This document shows positions 6,671 to 15,086 of a stretch of DNA of 24,000 nucleotides, piece by piece. Made by a program: the position numbers and the translations under genes. The stretch comes from Desulfofundulus kuznetsovii DSM 6115 (GTDB lineage Bacteria; Bacillota; Desulfotomaculia; Desulfotomaculales; Desulfovirgulaceae). Location of the stretch: contig NC_015573.1 in NCBI RefSeq assembly GCF_000214705.1, forward strand, positions 1,798,911 through 1,822,910, read 5' to 3'. The notes below the pieces were generated by a model. That model was not told the origin of the DNA. It worked only from the letters and a program-made list of their open reading frames with translations, and ran no database searches. Position 1 is the first letter of the stretch, and each line of letters begins with the position of its first letter.

Positions 6671-7708
6671 TTAGATAGTGCGACTTTGACGAGGACCTGG
6701 TACCAATTTAAAATGCTTATGGGCAAGTGCTGCATAAGCGAGTGGCGACCGGTAAAGTTCTTGTTTATATCTGTAACCTTGAAACGCTCCGCTTACGGCC
6801 AAAATTAAAGACGAAGTCGCGTTGGTTACCAAACCAGTATAATTATCTAAAGAATTCATGGTAAAAAGTTCAGTTACTAAAGGTGTTATTGCGCAAATGC
6901 TACCCAACATAGTTTGCCAACGGTTTGCATTCATTTTTGAAATAAGTTCTTCAATTTCCTCTTTAAAATTTTGGCGTGCTAACTTAATTTTTTCCTGCCT
7001 TAAACTGTTATCTGCTATCGATGAAATATTTATAAATAACGATTCTAATCGTTGTCTAAATCTTCGTAATTCATCTCTATAACGCCCCTTGAATTCTGCA
7101 ATTTGATACGGGCTAACACTTGTAGATGGTGCAGGTAGAATGGATTCAACAAAATCAATAATAAAATTATTTTTGGCAATCATTCTGTTGAGGTTTTTTT
7201 TGTTAATCTTCATATGATGTATCTGAATATTCTTCAAATAATCGGTAACAGGTATAAAATTATGTTCAACCTGACCCAGTACAAACGCTAGGTAAGTCAT
7301 AAAATATATTGCAGTATTTTCTTCCACAAAATACCATGATGAGTTCTTTTGATAGGCGAGACCTCTTTCGCATAGTTCGCGGCCTATATCCGACAATTTT
7401 TCAATATGGATCTCAACATATCGGAATCGGAAATTGTTCCGAATGGAACGTACAATTGGAGTATTATCGAGAAATTCAAAAAAGGATTCACTAAACCTTG
7501 GAACATTTTGTATATATTCTTGTGGAAATATTTGTCTTACTAAACCCTCTTTTACAAGTTCCCTCATATATGGACCTAAAGCTTCAGGCTTATAGATAAA
7601 TTCAAAGGGAACAATGGAGGCCACTTCATCCCAGTAAAGGAGTACTTGTGTAAACCATCTTGTTTGTGGAACTTGTATAAAGGGAAAATAAAGGGCAATA
7701 TTATTCAT
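6671..7708 (-). CDS. Hypothetical protein, family not recognised; strongly AT-rich
   Basis: 345-aa uninterrupted ORF in the most AT-rich stretch of the window. N-terminus is MNNIALYFPFIQVPQTRWFTQVLLYWDEVASIVP. The middle is charged and coiled-coil-like. Two moderately hydrophobic C-terminal segments follow: MLGSICAITPLVTELF and GLVTNATSSLILAVSGAF. AAGGAG sits 13 nt upstream of the ATG. Confidence 0.6.
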   Translation of the reverse strand: MNNIALYFPFIQVPQTRWFTQVLLYWDEVASIVPFEFIYKPEALGPYMRELVKEGLVRQIFPQEYIQNVPRFSESFFEFLDNTPIVRSIRNNFRFRYVEIHIEKLSDIGRELCERGLAYQKNSSWYFVEENTAIYFMTYLAFVLGQVEHNFIPVTDYLKNIQIHHMKINKKNLNRMIAKNNFIIDFVESILPAPSTSVSPYQIAEFKGRYRDELRRFRQRLESLFINISSIADNSLRQEKIKLARQNFKEEIEELISKMNANRWQTMLGSICAITPLVTELFTMNSLDNYTGLVTNATSSLILAVSGAFQGYRYKQELYRSPLAYAALAHKHFKLVPGPRQSRTI

Positions 7709-7742
7709 TTAACACATATCACTCCTTATGAAAAATAATCGA

Positions 7743-9627
<1,885 letters not shown>

Positions 9628-9633
9628 GCACAA

Positions 9634-9660
9634 GGAAGCCAGCCTTTGGGGCTGGCTTCC
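9634..9660 (-). terminator. Terminator hairpin of the flagellin remnant, and attachment motif of the group II intron
   Basis: Perfect 11-bp stem GGAAGCCAGCC/GGCTGGCTTCC with a 5-nt loop. On the minus strand it is followed by TTGTGC and then the intron 5' end. The presumed U-tract continues after the intron as TCGATTATTTTTC. Confidence 0.65.
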
Positions 9661-9673
9661 TGCAAATTTTCTT

Positions 9674-9722
9674 TTACCGCAAGAGCTGGAGGACTGCCTG
9701 ATGCATCTGGTTGGCCTGTGCT
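9674..9722 (-). pseudogene. Flagellin 3' remnant, exon 2 (..AQANQMHQAVLQLLR*)
   Basis: AGCACAGGCCAACCAG...CTCTTGCGGTAA aligns with the fliC end AGCCCAGGCCAACCAG...TTGCTGCGGTAA. Confidence 0.8.
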
Positions 9723-10072
9723 CTGTCGGCCCGCCGCCTTTCGGCGGCGCCTAGACTATATCTTCATCCCACCTATTCCGGCGGGAGTCGGGCGCTTCGG
9801 GCGCCTCCATGCACCCTACGGGCTTCATCACCATACCTTGCGGCTGCAGGTGGTATGCCCTAGTCGTTGAACCTTCCCCAGCCTTTCGGTACAGGGGCTC
9901 GGCTGCTGGTTGCCCAATCCTTCCGGTTTTTTAACCGCTCACGCCTGCCGTTTCCGGCTACGTTGTCGGACGGAAGGCTCTAAGGGGTTCCCAGCAATTC
10001 ACCCGGTGATCCTCCCGGAAATTGCCCTCCGGAACGCCTGTGGTTCCGACGCTTCACTTTGCCAGAACTTCA
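9723..10072 (-). ncRNA. Group I self-splicing intron, ORF-less (350 nt)
   Basis: Core elements on the minus strand: P AAUUGCUGGGAA (9988-9999), Q AACCAGCAGCC (9901-9911), R GGUUCAACGACUAGGGC (9857-9873), S GAUGAAGAUAUAGUCUAGG (9750-9768). Pairings are P4 UGCUGG/CCAGCA and P7 GACUA/UAGUC. A terminal hairpin CGCCGCC-GAAA-GGCGGCG lies at 9732-9749. The upstream exon ends in U and the intron ends in G. Excision restores the flagellin reading frame. Confidence 0.8.
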
Positions 10073-10119
10073 AGCATGGCGGTTGCCGCCTGCTGCAGGA
10101 TGCTCATCTTGGTGAACTC
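10073..10119 (-). pseudogene. Flagellin 3' remnant, exon 1 (EFTKMSILQQAATAM-L)
   Basis: GAGTTCACCAAGATGAGCATCCTGCAGCAGGCGGCAACCGCCATGCT aligns with fliC CAGTTCGCCAAGATGAACATCCTCCAACAGGCCGCCACCGCCATGCT. There is no flagellin homology further upstream and no start codon. Confidence 0.8.
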
Positions 10120-10318
10120 TTCCAATACTTCCAACTCTTTAAGAGTCGGCCTAACCAAAACAAATGTTGTATTATGACATTTACTGCATGATGGAACAGT
10201 CTCACCTTTAACACAGATGATTTCATTATCCGTATTTGATGCACCTATAAATTCCAGATTGCGGTACTATACTACCAGTGGTTACAGTCAACTTTTATCC
10301 TCCCACTCAAAACCTTGT

Positions 10319-10368
10319 AAAATTTTTTAAAGAGGTAAACCGGAAGATAGATAAACTCCCGGTTTACC
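10319..10368 (-). terminator. Intrinsic terminator of fliC
   Basis: Perfect 10-bp stem GGTAAACCGG/CCGGTTTACC with a 15-nt loop. On the minus strand it is followed by TCTTTAAAAAATTTT, 20 nt after the fliC stop. Confidence 0.6.
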
Positions 10369-10388
10369 TAGACCATCGTGGATAGTTA

Positions 10389-11645
10389 TTACCGCAGCAA
10401 TTGCAGCACCATCTGAGGCTGCTGGTTGGCCTGGGCTAGCATGGCGGTGGCGGCCTGTTGGAGGATGTTCATCTTGGCGAACTGCATCATCTCCTTGGCC
10501 ATGTCAATGTCGCGGATACGGGACTCGGCAGCAGTCAGGTTTTCAGAAGAGGTGCCGAGGTTGTTAATAGTGTGTTCTAGCCGGTTTTGATAAGCGCCAA
10601 GCTTTGAACGTTCAGCAGAGACTTTTTCTATAGCATTGTTAATTGTGGTTACAGCAGAGTTAGCCGCCTGTTTGCTAGAGATATCTATTCCCCTTACTGT
10701 CACTTCAGTTCCGTCAGTTATTGCGGCACTGAAAGTAATTAATGTGTTGCCAGCATAATCTTTAAATGTTATCGCATCAGTTGACACTGCAATTACCTCA
10801 CCGTTGCTATCCAACAACGCCTTTTGGGAACCGTCGTACTTATAAACCCCAGCTTGCAGTCCACTGTTAGCTACCTGTCCTGTAGCAGTAGCCGTGCCGC
10901 TGCTAATTGTAACGGTACCACTTTTAACAGCTTCTGTGAATGTTAGGGTATCGTCACCGCTTTTCGCTGCCCATGATTTGCCATTTGTGCTCTCGGCTAC
11001 TGCTTGTCCGTTCGCGTTGATGAGCTCATATTTGCCAGTCTGGTCATTTAGCTGGACAGTATACGTACCGTCAGCAATATCTACTACCGTGTTGCCGCCA
11101 TCTGTCACACTGGCAGTTACCTCAATTGTTGCATCTCCAACAACTCCAAGCGCATATGCGCGCATATCGTTGATGCCCACTGTCAGATTCTGCTTTTCAT
11201 TAGCCCCAATATGAAATACGCCTTTAAAAGTGCCGTTGAGCAGTTTTTGAGTGTTGAACTCGGTAGTATTTCCGATTCTTGAAAGCTCCTGAGAGAGCTG
11301 ATCTACTTCCTTTTGCAGCTCTTCACGGTCGACTGCAGTATTAGTGTCATTGGCAGATTGAACAGCCAGCTCACGCATGCGTTGAAGGATGCTATGGGTT
11401 TCGTTCAAAGCACCTTCTGCCGTTTGAATCAGCGAGATAGCATCCTGCGCATTCTTGGAAGCCATCTCTAGTCCACGAATCTGTGCCCGCATTTTTTCGC
11501 TGATGGCCAGGCCTGCGGCGTCGTCCCCGGCGCGCACGATGCGCAAGCCCGAAGAGAGTTTCTCCAGCGACTTGTTGGCCAGGACATTGTTAGTCGAAAG
11601 CTGGCGATATGTGTTCAGCGCCGCGATGTTGTGGTTGATGATCAT
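10389..11645 (-). CDS. fliC: Flagellin
   Basis: Conserved N-terminus MIINHNIAALNTYRQLSTNN..LSSGLRI..AGDDAAGLAISEKMR, conserved C-terminus ..RIRDIDMAKEMMQFAKMNILQQAATAMLAQANQQPQMVLQLLR, and a variable T/S/G-rich centre. Confidence 0.97.
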   Translation of the reverse strand: MIINHNIAALNTYRQLSTNNVLANKSLEKLSSGLRIVRAGDDAAGLAISEKMRAQIRGLEMASKNAQDAISLIQTAEGALNETHSILQRMRELAVQSANDTNTAVDREELQKEVDQLSQELSRIGNTTEFNTQKLLNGTFKGVFHIGANEKQNLTVGINDMRAYALGVVGDATIEVTASVTDGGNTVVDIADGTYTVQLNDQTGKYELINANGQAVAESTNGKSWAAKSGDDTLTFTEAVKSGTVTISSGTATATGQVANSGLQAGVYKYDGSQKALLDSNGEVIAVSTDAITFKDYAGNTLITFSAAITDGTEVTVRGIDISSKQAANSAVTTINNAIEKVSAERSKLGAYQNRLEHTINNLGTSSENLTAAESRIRDIDMAKEMMQFAKMNILQQAATAMLAQANQQPQMVLQLLR

Positions 11646-11695
11646 CCTTTCCCATTCCTCCCTGAATTTTTTACTCGCCGCCTTCCCTGGCGGCG
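11646..11695 (-). promoter_or_regulatory. fliC leader with candidate CsrA-binding GGA sites
   Basis: Hairpin CGCCGCC-AGGGAA-GGCGGCG (11676-11695) presents GGA in its loop. The SD region CAGGGAGGAAUGGGAAAGGAUG carries several more GGA motifs next to the ATG. csrA and fliW are encoded 2.5 kb away. Confidence 0.5.
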
Positions 11696-11751
11696 GTTTT
11701 TTGAAGGCGCCGGTACCGTCGGCCGCCCGGTACCGGTTCCTTCTAGTTACT

Positions 11752-11780
11752 TAATTCGGAAGGAATTTGAGAAGGTTTAG
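11752..11780 (-). promoter_or_regulatory. Putative sigma-D (sigma-28) promoter of fliC
   Basis: The minus strand reads CTAAA-N15-TCCGAATT, versus the consensus TAAA-N15-GCCGATAA. It lies about 100 nt upstream of the ATG. Confidence 0.5.
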
Positions 11781-11975
11781 GGGGGAAGAAGGCACTTTTT
11801 AACGGACCGCCCCGCCGGGCGGGGGTAAGAAAGCGGCCTGACCTCCCTTTTAAGCCACTCCCGGCTGCCAATTATAACCCCCTGGCGGCCGTTTCCACGG
11901 AAAATGGACGTGCGGGCTGGCCATTAAATGTTCCCTGATAAGTCAATATTAGTATCCACCAGCACTTTAGCGCTC

Positions 11976-12200
11976 GTGAACCTCCCCCGGGACAAGCCCG
12001 GGGGCTTCGTTCCGGAGGTTTCTCATGTCATCGGAATGCTGCCTGCTAAAGCGCAGGTCTTACGCTTTCCTCGTGAGCTACATGGTCGCGTCACCACAAC
12101 CAGGCCCGGTCCATAGGCGTCTACTACTCATCGTAGATACGTCAGGCCGCTCTTTTCGGCGCCAATACCTGCGGCCGCAGGTATTCCACTTTCCCGGGCA
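11976..12200 (-). ncRNA. Candidate omega (reRNA) scaffold of TnpB, from the 3' end of tnpB to the right end
   Basis: Established TnpB biology places the guide-RNA scaffold across the tnpB 3' end and RE. Here the RE ends ..CCCCCGGGCUUGUCCCGGGGGAGGUUCAC, with the flank GAGCGCUAAAGUGCUGG as the prospective guide. The 5' limit is not determinable by eye. Confidence 0.45.
11984..12004 (-). repeat. IS605-type right-end subterminal hairpin
   Basis: CCCCCGGG-ACAAG-CCCGGGGG (plus-strand reading). It has the same loop and core as the LE hairpin. Confidence 0.7.
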
Positions 12201-13392
12201 GCTTGCGGCCCCTGGTGAAACTCCCGTACAGAGCTTTGTCAAGGATGCCGCTGGCTCCCAGCACGTCCCGGTGAATCCCGGTAAACCCGCAGGAAGCATT
12301 GCCGCACCGGTATACGCGCCCGGTCTGTCTGGTGTACTCCCCGCATACCGGGCAGGTGCCGGAGGTGCCACGCTCATCCACCGGAATCAGCTCTATGCCG
12401 TGACGACTGAGCTTGTATGCCAGCAAACCGCGCAGCTTGCCGAAGGCCCACTGGCTCATGCGCTGGTTGTGGTGTCTGCCGCAGTCCCTTTCGCGCACAC
12501 CTTCCGGGTTGCCGATGTAAGCCGTTTTAACGCTCCTTCCCAGGCACCAGCGGACGGCGTTGGCGGATACGGCGTGCAGGATATGTTCTATCCGCCGCTC
12601 GATCCAGTTGAGGAAACGGTACTTTTTAGCCAGGAGTTTCCTGCGCTTCCTGGAACCTTCCTTCGTTTTGGAAATGGCCCGTTGCAACTGCCGCAGCACC
12701 TTGTTTCTCAAGCGGTTGAGCGACCGGAGTAGCCTGCCGCTGATCACTAAAGCACCATCGCCGTCGGTGATGGTCAGGGCATGCACTTCGCCCGGGTCGA
12801 TGGCCGCACAAACGTTGCCCTGAACTTTTAACAGGGCCGGTTTCTCCACCGTTACGTGCAGCCAGTATTGATTACGGTGCCAGACCAGTTGCGCCTGCAG
12901 GATTGTGGCGTTGGTAAGCCCTTTCGGGAGCTTTACCATCAGCGGTTCTCTGCCCCAACCGTTGGAAAGTTTCAATATACGCCCTTTATGGGTAATGGCG
13001 GCTTTTTCCCAGGTAACAGTGAAAAACCTTTTCCGGCGGTAAGGGTACTTCCATTCAGTGTGACCCTGCAGGTGCAGTTCCCTGGTGCGCTCGCAGCACT
13101 CGAAGTAGGTTTCCACCACGGCCTGCACCGATTGGGAGTGAAGGCCGTATTTGCCTTTGAGCAGCGCTTTAATTGCACCTTCGCTCAGCCAGTAACCATA
13201 CCTGCCGTATATGGTGCGGTGGATGTTGCAGGCGGCGTTCCAGACTTTGGCCGCTTCCATTTGCAGGTTGCGGGCTAAAAGAGTTTGCTCCGGGTTAAGG
13301 TGCAGGGGAAACTTTTCCACCAGGACGTCTACGGCTTGCTCCAGGGAATGAGCTTTCGGTTCCTTGACCGCCTTGTTTTTGCACCGGCTCAC
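12142..13392 (-). CDS. tnpB: TnpB (IS605 OrfB-type RNA-guided nuclease)
   Basis: 416 aa. RuvC-I is AAIDPGEVH. The Zn finger is CPVCGEYTRQTGRVYRCGNASCG. RuvC-III is GIHRDVLGASGI. GTG start with a strong RBS GGAAGGAGGTGA 6 nt upstream. Confidence 0.9.
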   Translation of the reverse strand: MSRCKNKAVKEPKAHSLEQAVDVLVEKFPLHLNPEQTLLARNLQMEAAKVWNAACNIHRTIYGRYGYWLSEGAIKALLKGKYGLHSQSVQAVVETYFECCERTRELHLQGHTEWKYPYRRKRFFTVTWEKAAITHKGRILKLSNGWGREPLMVKLPKGLTNATILQAQLVWHRNQYWLHVTVEKPALLKVQGNVCAAIDPGEVHALTITDGDGALVISGRLLRSLNRLRNKVLRQLQRAISKTKEGSRKRRKLLAKKYRFLNWIERRIEHILHAVSANAVRWCLGRSVKTAYIGNPEGVRERDCGRHHNQRMSQWAFGKLRGLLAYKLSRHGIELIPVDERGTSGTCPVCGEYTRQTGRVYRCGNASCGFTGIHRDVLGASGILDKALYGSFTRGRKLPGKVEYLRPQVLAPKRAA

Positions 13393-13694
13393 CCGGTTTC
13401 ACCTCCTTCCGGAATGTTTTTTGAGCTTCGATGTATTTGCGGATAGTTTCGGCGCTTACATTACCGGCCGTACTAATGTAGCAGCCTCTACTCCACATGC
13501 CGCTGCCCCAGAAGTATTTTTTCTTAAGGCCTTTCCATCTGGATGAGTGTGTATCCGTAAGTGTTGCAGATTTCTTGAATTGTCAGTTTTACGGTGTCTT
13601 CCACCCTGCCGGTAATTACCTTATGCCGGTATTTTGGGCAAAACACGATATGGTAATTGATGTTATAGACGCAGTGGTTCATTTTTCCATTCAT
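13295..13694 (-). pseudogene. tnpA: IS200-type Y1 transposase tnpA with an internal deletion and frameshift
   Basis: The N-terminal piece is MNGKMNHCVYNINYHIVFCPKYRHKVITGRVEDTVKLTIQEICNTYGYTLIQME, then a stop (13524). The C-terminal piece, in another frame, is KKYFWGSGMWSRGCYISTAGNVSAETIRKYIEAQ. The HUH (..DHVHLL..) segment between them is absent. Confidence 0.8.
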
Positions 13695-13700
13695 AGCATG

Positions 13701-13729
13701 ATTATAGCACCAGAACAGGTGTTTGTGAA
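13701..13729 (-). promoter_or_regulatory. Putative promoter in the IS left end
   Basis: The minus strand reads TTCACA-17 nt-TATAAT, immediately upstream of the tnpA remnant. Confidence 0.45.
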
Positions 13730-13766
13730 TACATTTGTCGCCCTGACGGGCGACGCCCCGCTCGAT

Positions 13767-13785
13767 CCACGGGACAAGCCCGTGG
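13767..13785 (-). repeat. IS605-type left-end subterminal hairpin
   Basis: CCACGGG-ACAAG-CCCGTGG. A second hairpin GTCGCCC-GTCA-GGGCGAC lies just inside the element. Confidence 0.7.
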
Positions 13786-13805
13786 GTTTTCAGGGGCGGA
13801 TTTCT

Positions 13806-14048
13806 ATAAAGTTCCTCCCGCCGCCACCGCCGCCCCTGATCCTGTTTGCTGCCCGGCCTGAACCGGCTGAAAATAAATTGTTTTTCCCGCTCCCAGGCAG
13901 CGGGATTTTTAGGCATGGCCATTCCAGCAGATAGTTGCGCCTCAATGGCGCGCCTGATCAATTCCGCTTCCGTTACACCCAGTTCCCCGGCCTTTTTTTT
14001 AAGCAGGGCATTCTGATGGGCTTCAATATACACTTGCTTACGAATCAA
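13806..14048 (-). pseudogene. RHH (CopG-like) protein gene, copy 2, interrupted two codons before its stop by the IS605 element
   Basis: MIRKQVYIEAHQNALLKKKAGELGVTEAELIRRAIEAQL...WRREELY is about 70% identical to ORF 15087..15335. The last codons and stop (GAGCGCTAA) now lie at 11967-11975. The 174-aa track ORF 13524..14048 is a read-through chimera into the IS. Confidence 0.75.
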
Positions 14049-14156
14049 GTTAACTACCCCCAGAACTTTTTATACAAAGACTTTGCCTGCTCCGGCTATA
14101 ATATGGTACCGGTCTTCCGGCTCATAATAAATAAGCCGCCGGTTGTGTAGCAGGCG

Positions 14157-14405
14157 CTACTTGCGGGTGGCTTTTTCGTTTTTGTTTTCGACCTGCGCTC
14201 TCAGCCTTGCCGCCAGCTCCCTTGTAACCAGGGCGGTGCGGTTTTCCTCCTGCACGTCCCTGTAGATTTCTTCCCGGAAGACGGCCACCTCCGGCGGCGC
14301 CTCGATGCCCAGGCGCACGAAGTCGCCGGTGACCTCCACCACCACGACACGGATGTCCCGGCCGATGACCAGGGACTGGCCTTTTTTCCTGGTGAGTACC
14401 AGCAT
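14157..14405 (-). CDS. csrA: Carbon storage regulator CsrA (flagellin translation repressor)
   Basis: MLVLTRKKGQSLVIGRDIRVVVVEVTGDFVRLGIEAPPEVAVFREEIY. Canonical CsrA fold sequence, directly downstream of fliW. Confidence 0.95.
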   Translation of the reverse strand: MLVLTRKKGQSLVIGRDIRVVVVEVTGDFVRLGIEAPPEVAVFREEIYRDVQEENRTALVTRELAARLRAQVENKNEKATRK

Positions 14406-15038
14406 TTATTTCCCCTCCCCGGCGGGTTCCGCCCCTTCGCCCGTCCCGGCATCGCCCGGTGGGGATTCGGGCCCGGTTCCGGAGAGGTGCCGGGACGGGG
14501 AATCCTTCTGGGGCCGGGGGCGGTTGGGGGAGGCTGGCCGGGGCTGGGAACGGGAACTGGCCGGCGGGCAGGGTTCGCCGGCCGGCCTGGTTCCGGACCC
14601 GGCCGGTTCCCGGTTTTCCGGACGGGGCCCGCTCAGCGGTTGCCTGATGGAGTAGCGCTCGTCCACCAGCACCACCTGGCGGGCCGTACCGGTGGCCGCG
14701 TTCACCACCACCGGGGCCAGGAGGTTGACGGTGGCGCGGGCCAGGCCGCGGCTGGCGTTGACGATGCAGAAGACGGCCGCCTCTTCCGGGGCCTTTATAC
14801 CCAGGGCCCGGGCATCCTCCTCGGGCAGGTCGAACTCGTAGTTGGGGAAAAAGGCGAAAGGGTTCACCAGGATGAAGCCGATGTTTTCGTCCTGCAGGGA
14901 CTGCAAAAAGAAAAAGGGCGATTCTTCCGCCACGGCCACCAGTTCGAACTCGGTCAATTCCGCGGGCAGGCCCGGCAGCCCGGCAGGAAAGGTGATGGTT
15001 TTGCCTTTTTCAGACGACAACGTAATTCCTCCATTCAT
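14406..15038 (-). CDS. fliW: Flagellar assembly factor FliW with a ~70-aa Pro-rich C-terminal extension
   Basis: The FliW core spans about aa 1-140 (ITFPAGLPGLP..FFFLQS..FILVNPFAFFPNYEFDL..NLLAPVVVN...RQVVL). It is followed by low-complexity SGPRPENREPAGSGTRPAGEPCPPASSRSQPRPASPNRPRPQK... reaching the csrA start. Confidence 0.9.
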   Translation of the reverse strand: MNGGITLSSEKGKTITFPAGLPGLPAELTEFELVAVAEESPFFFLQSLQDENIGFILVNPFAFFPNYEFDLPEEDARALGIKAPEEAAVFCIVNASRGLARATVNLLAPVVVNAATGTARQVVLVDERYSIRQPLSGPRPENREPAGSGTRPAGEPCPPASSRSQPRPASPNRPRPQKDSPSRHLSGTGPESPPGDAGTGEGAEPAGEGK

Positions 15039-15086
15039 ACAACAACCTGCCTGTACGGCAGTTGTTAAGTCAACTCAACCGGCAAT

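Larger units (their letters stand above)
11976..13805 (-). mobile_element. IS200/IS605-family element (1830 bp): degraded tnpA plus intact tnpB
   Basis: Ends were mapped to the nucleotide against the uninterrupted paralogous gene at 15087..15335. The flanks ..GAACTTTAT|[IS]|GAGCGCTAA rejoin to ..ELYER*. Subterminal hairpins share the loop ACAAG: LE at 13767-13785 and RE at 11984-12004. Confidence 0.85.

Noticed and set aside
12025-13278. Plus-strand ORFs 12025..12732 and 12856..13278, and small minus-strand alternatives
   Set aside because: They are antisense or out of frame relative to tnpB, which has clear RuvC/Zn-finger motifs.
13524-14048. 174-aa minus-strand ORF presented as one protein
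   Set aside because: It is a chimera. An RHH gene is read through the IS605 left end into the N-terminal fragment of tnpA. I split it into pseudogene parts.
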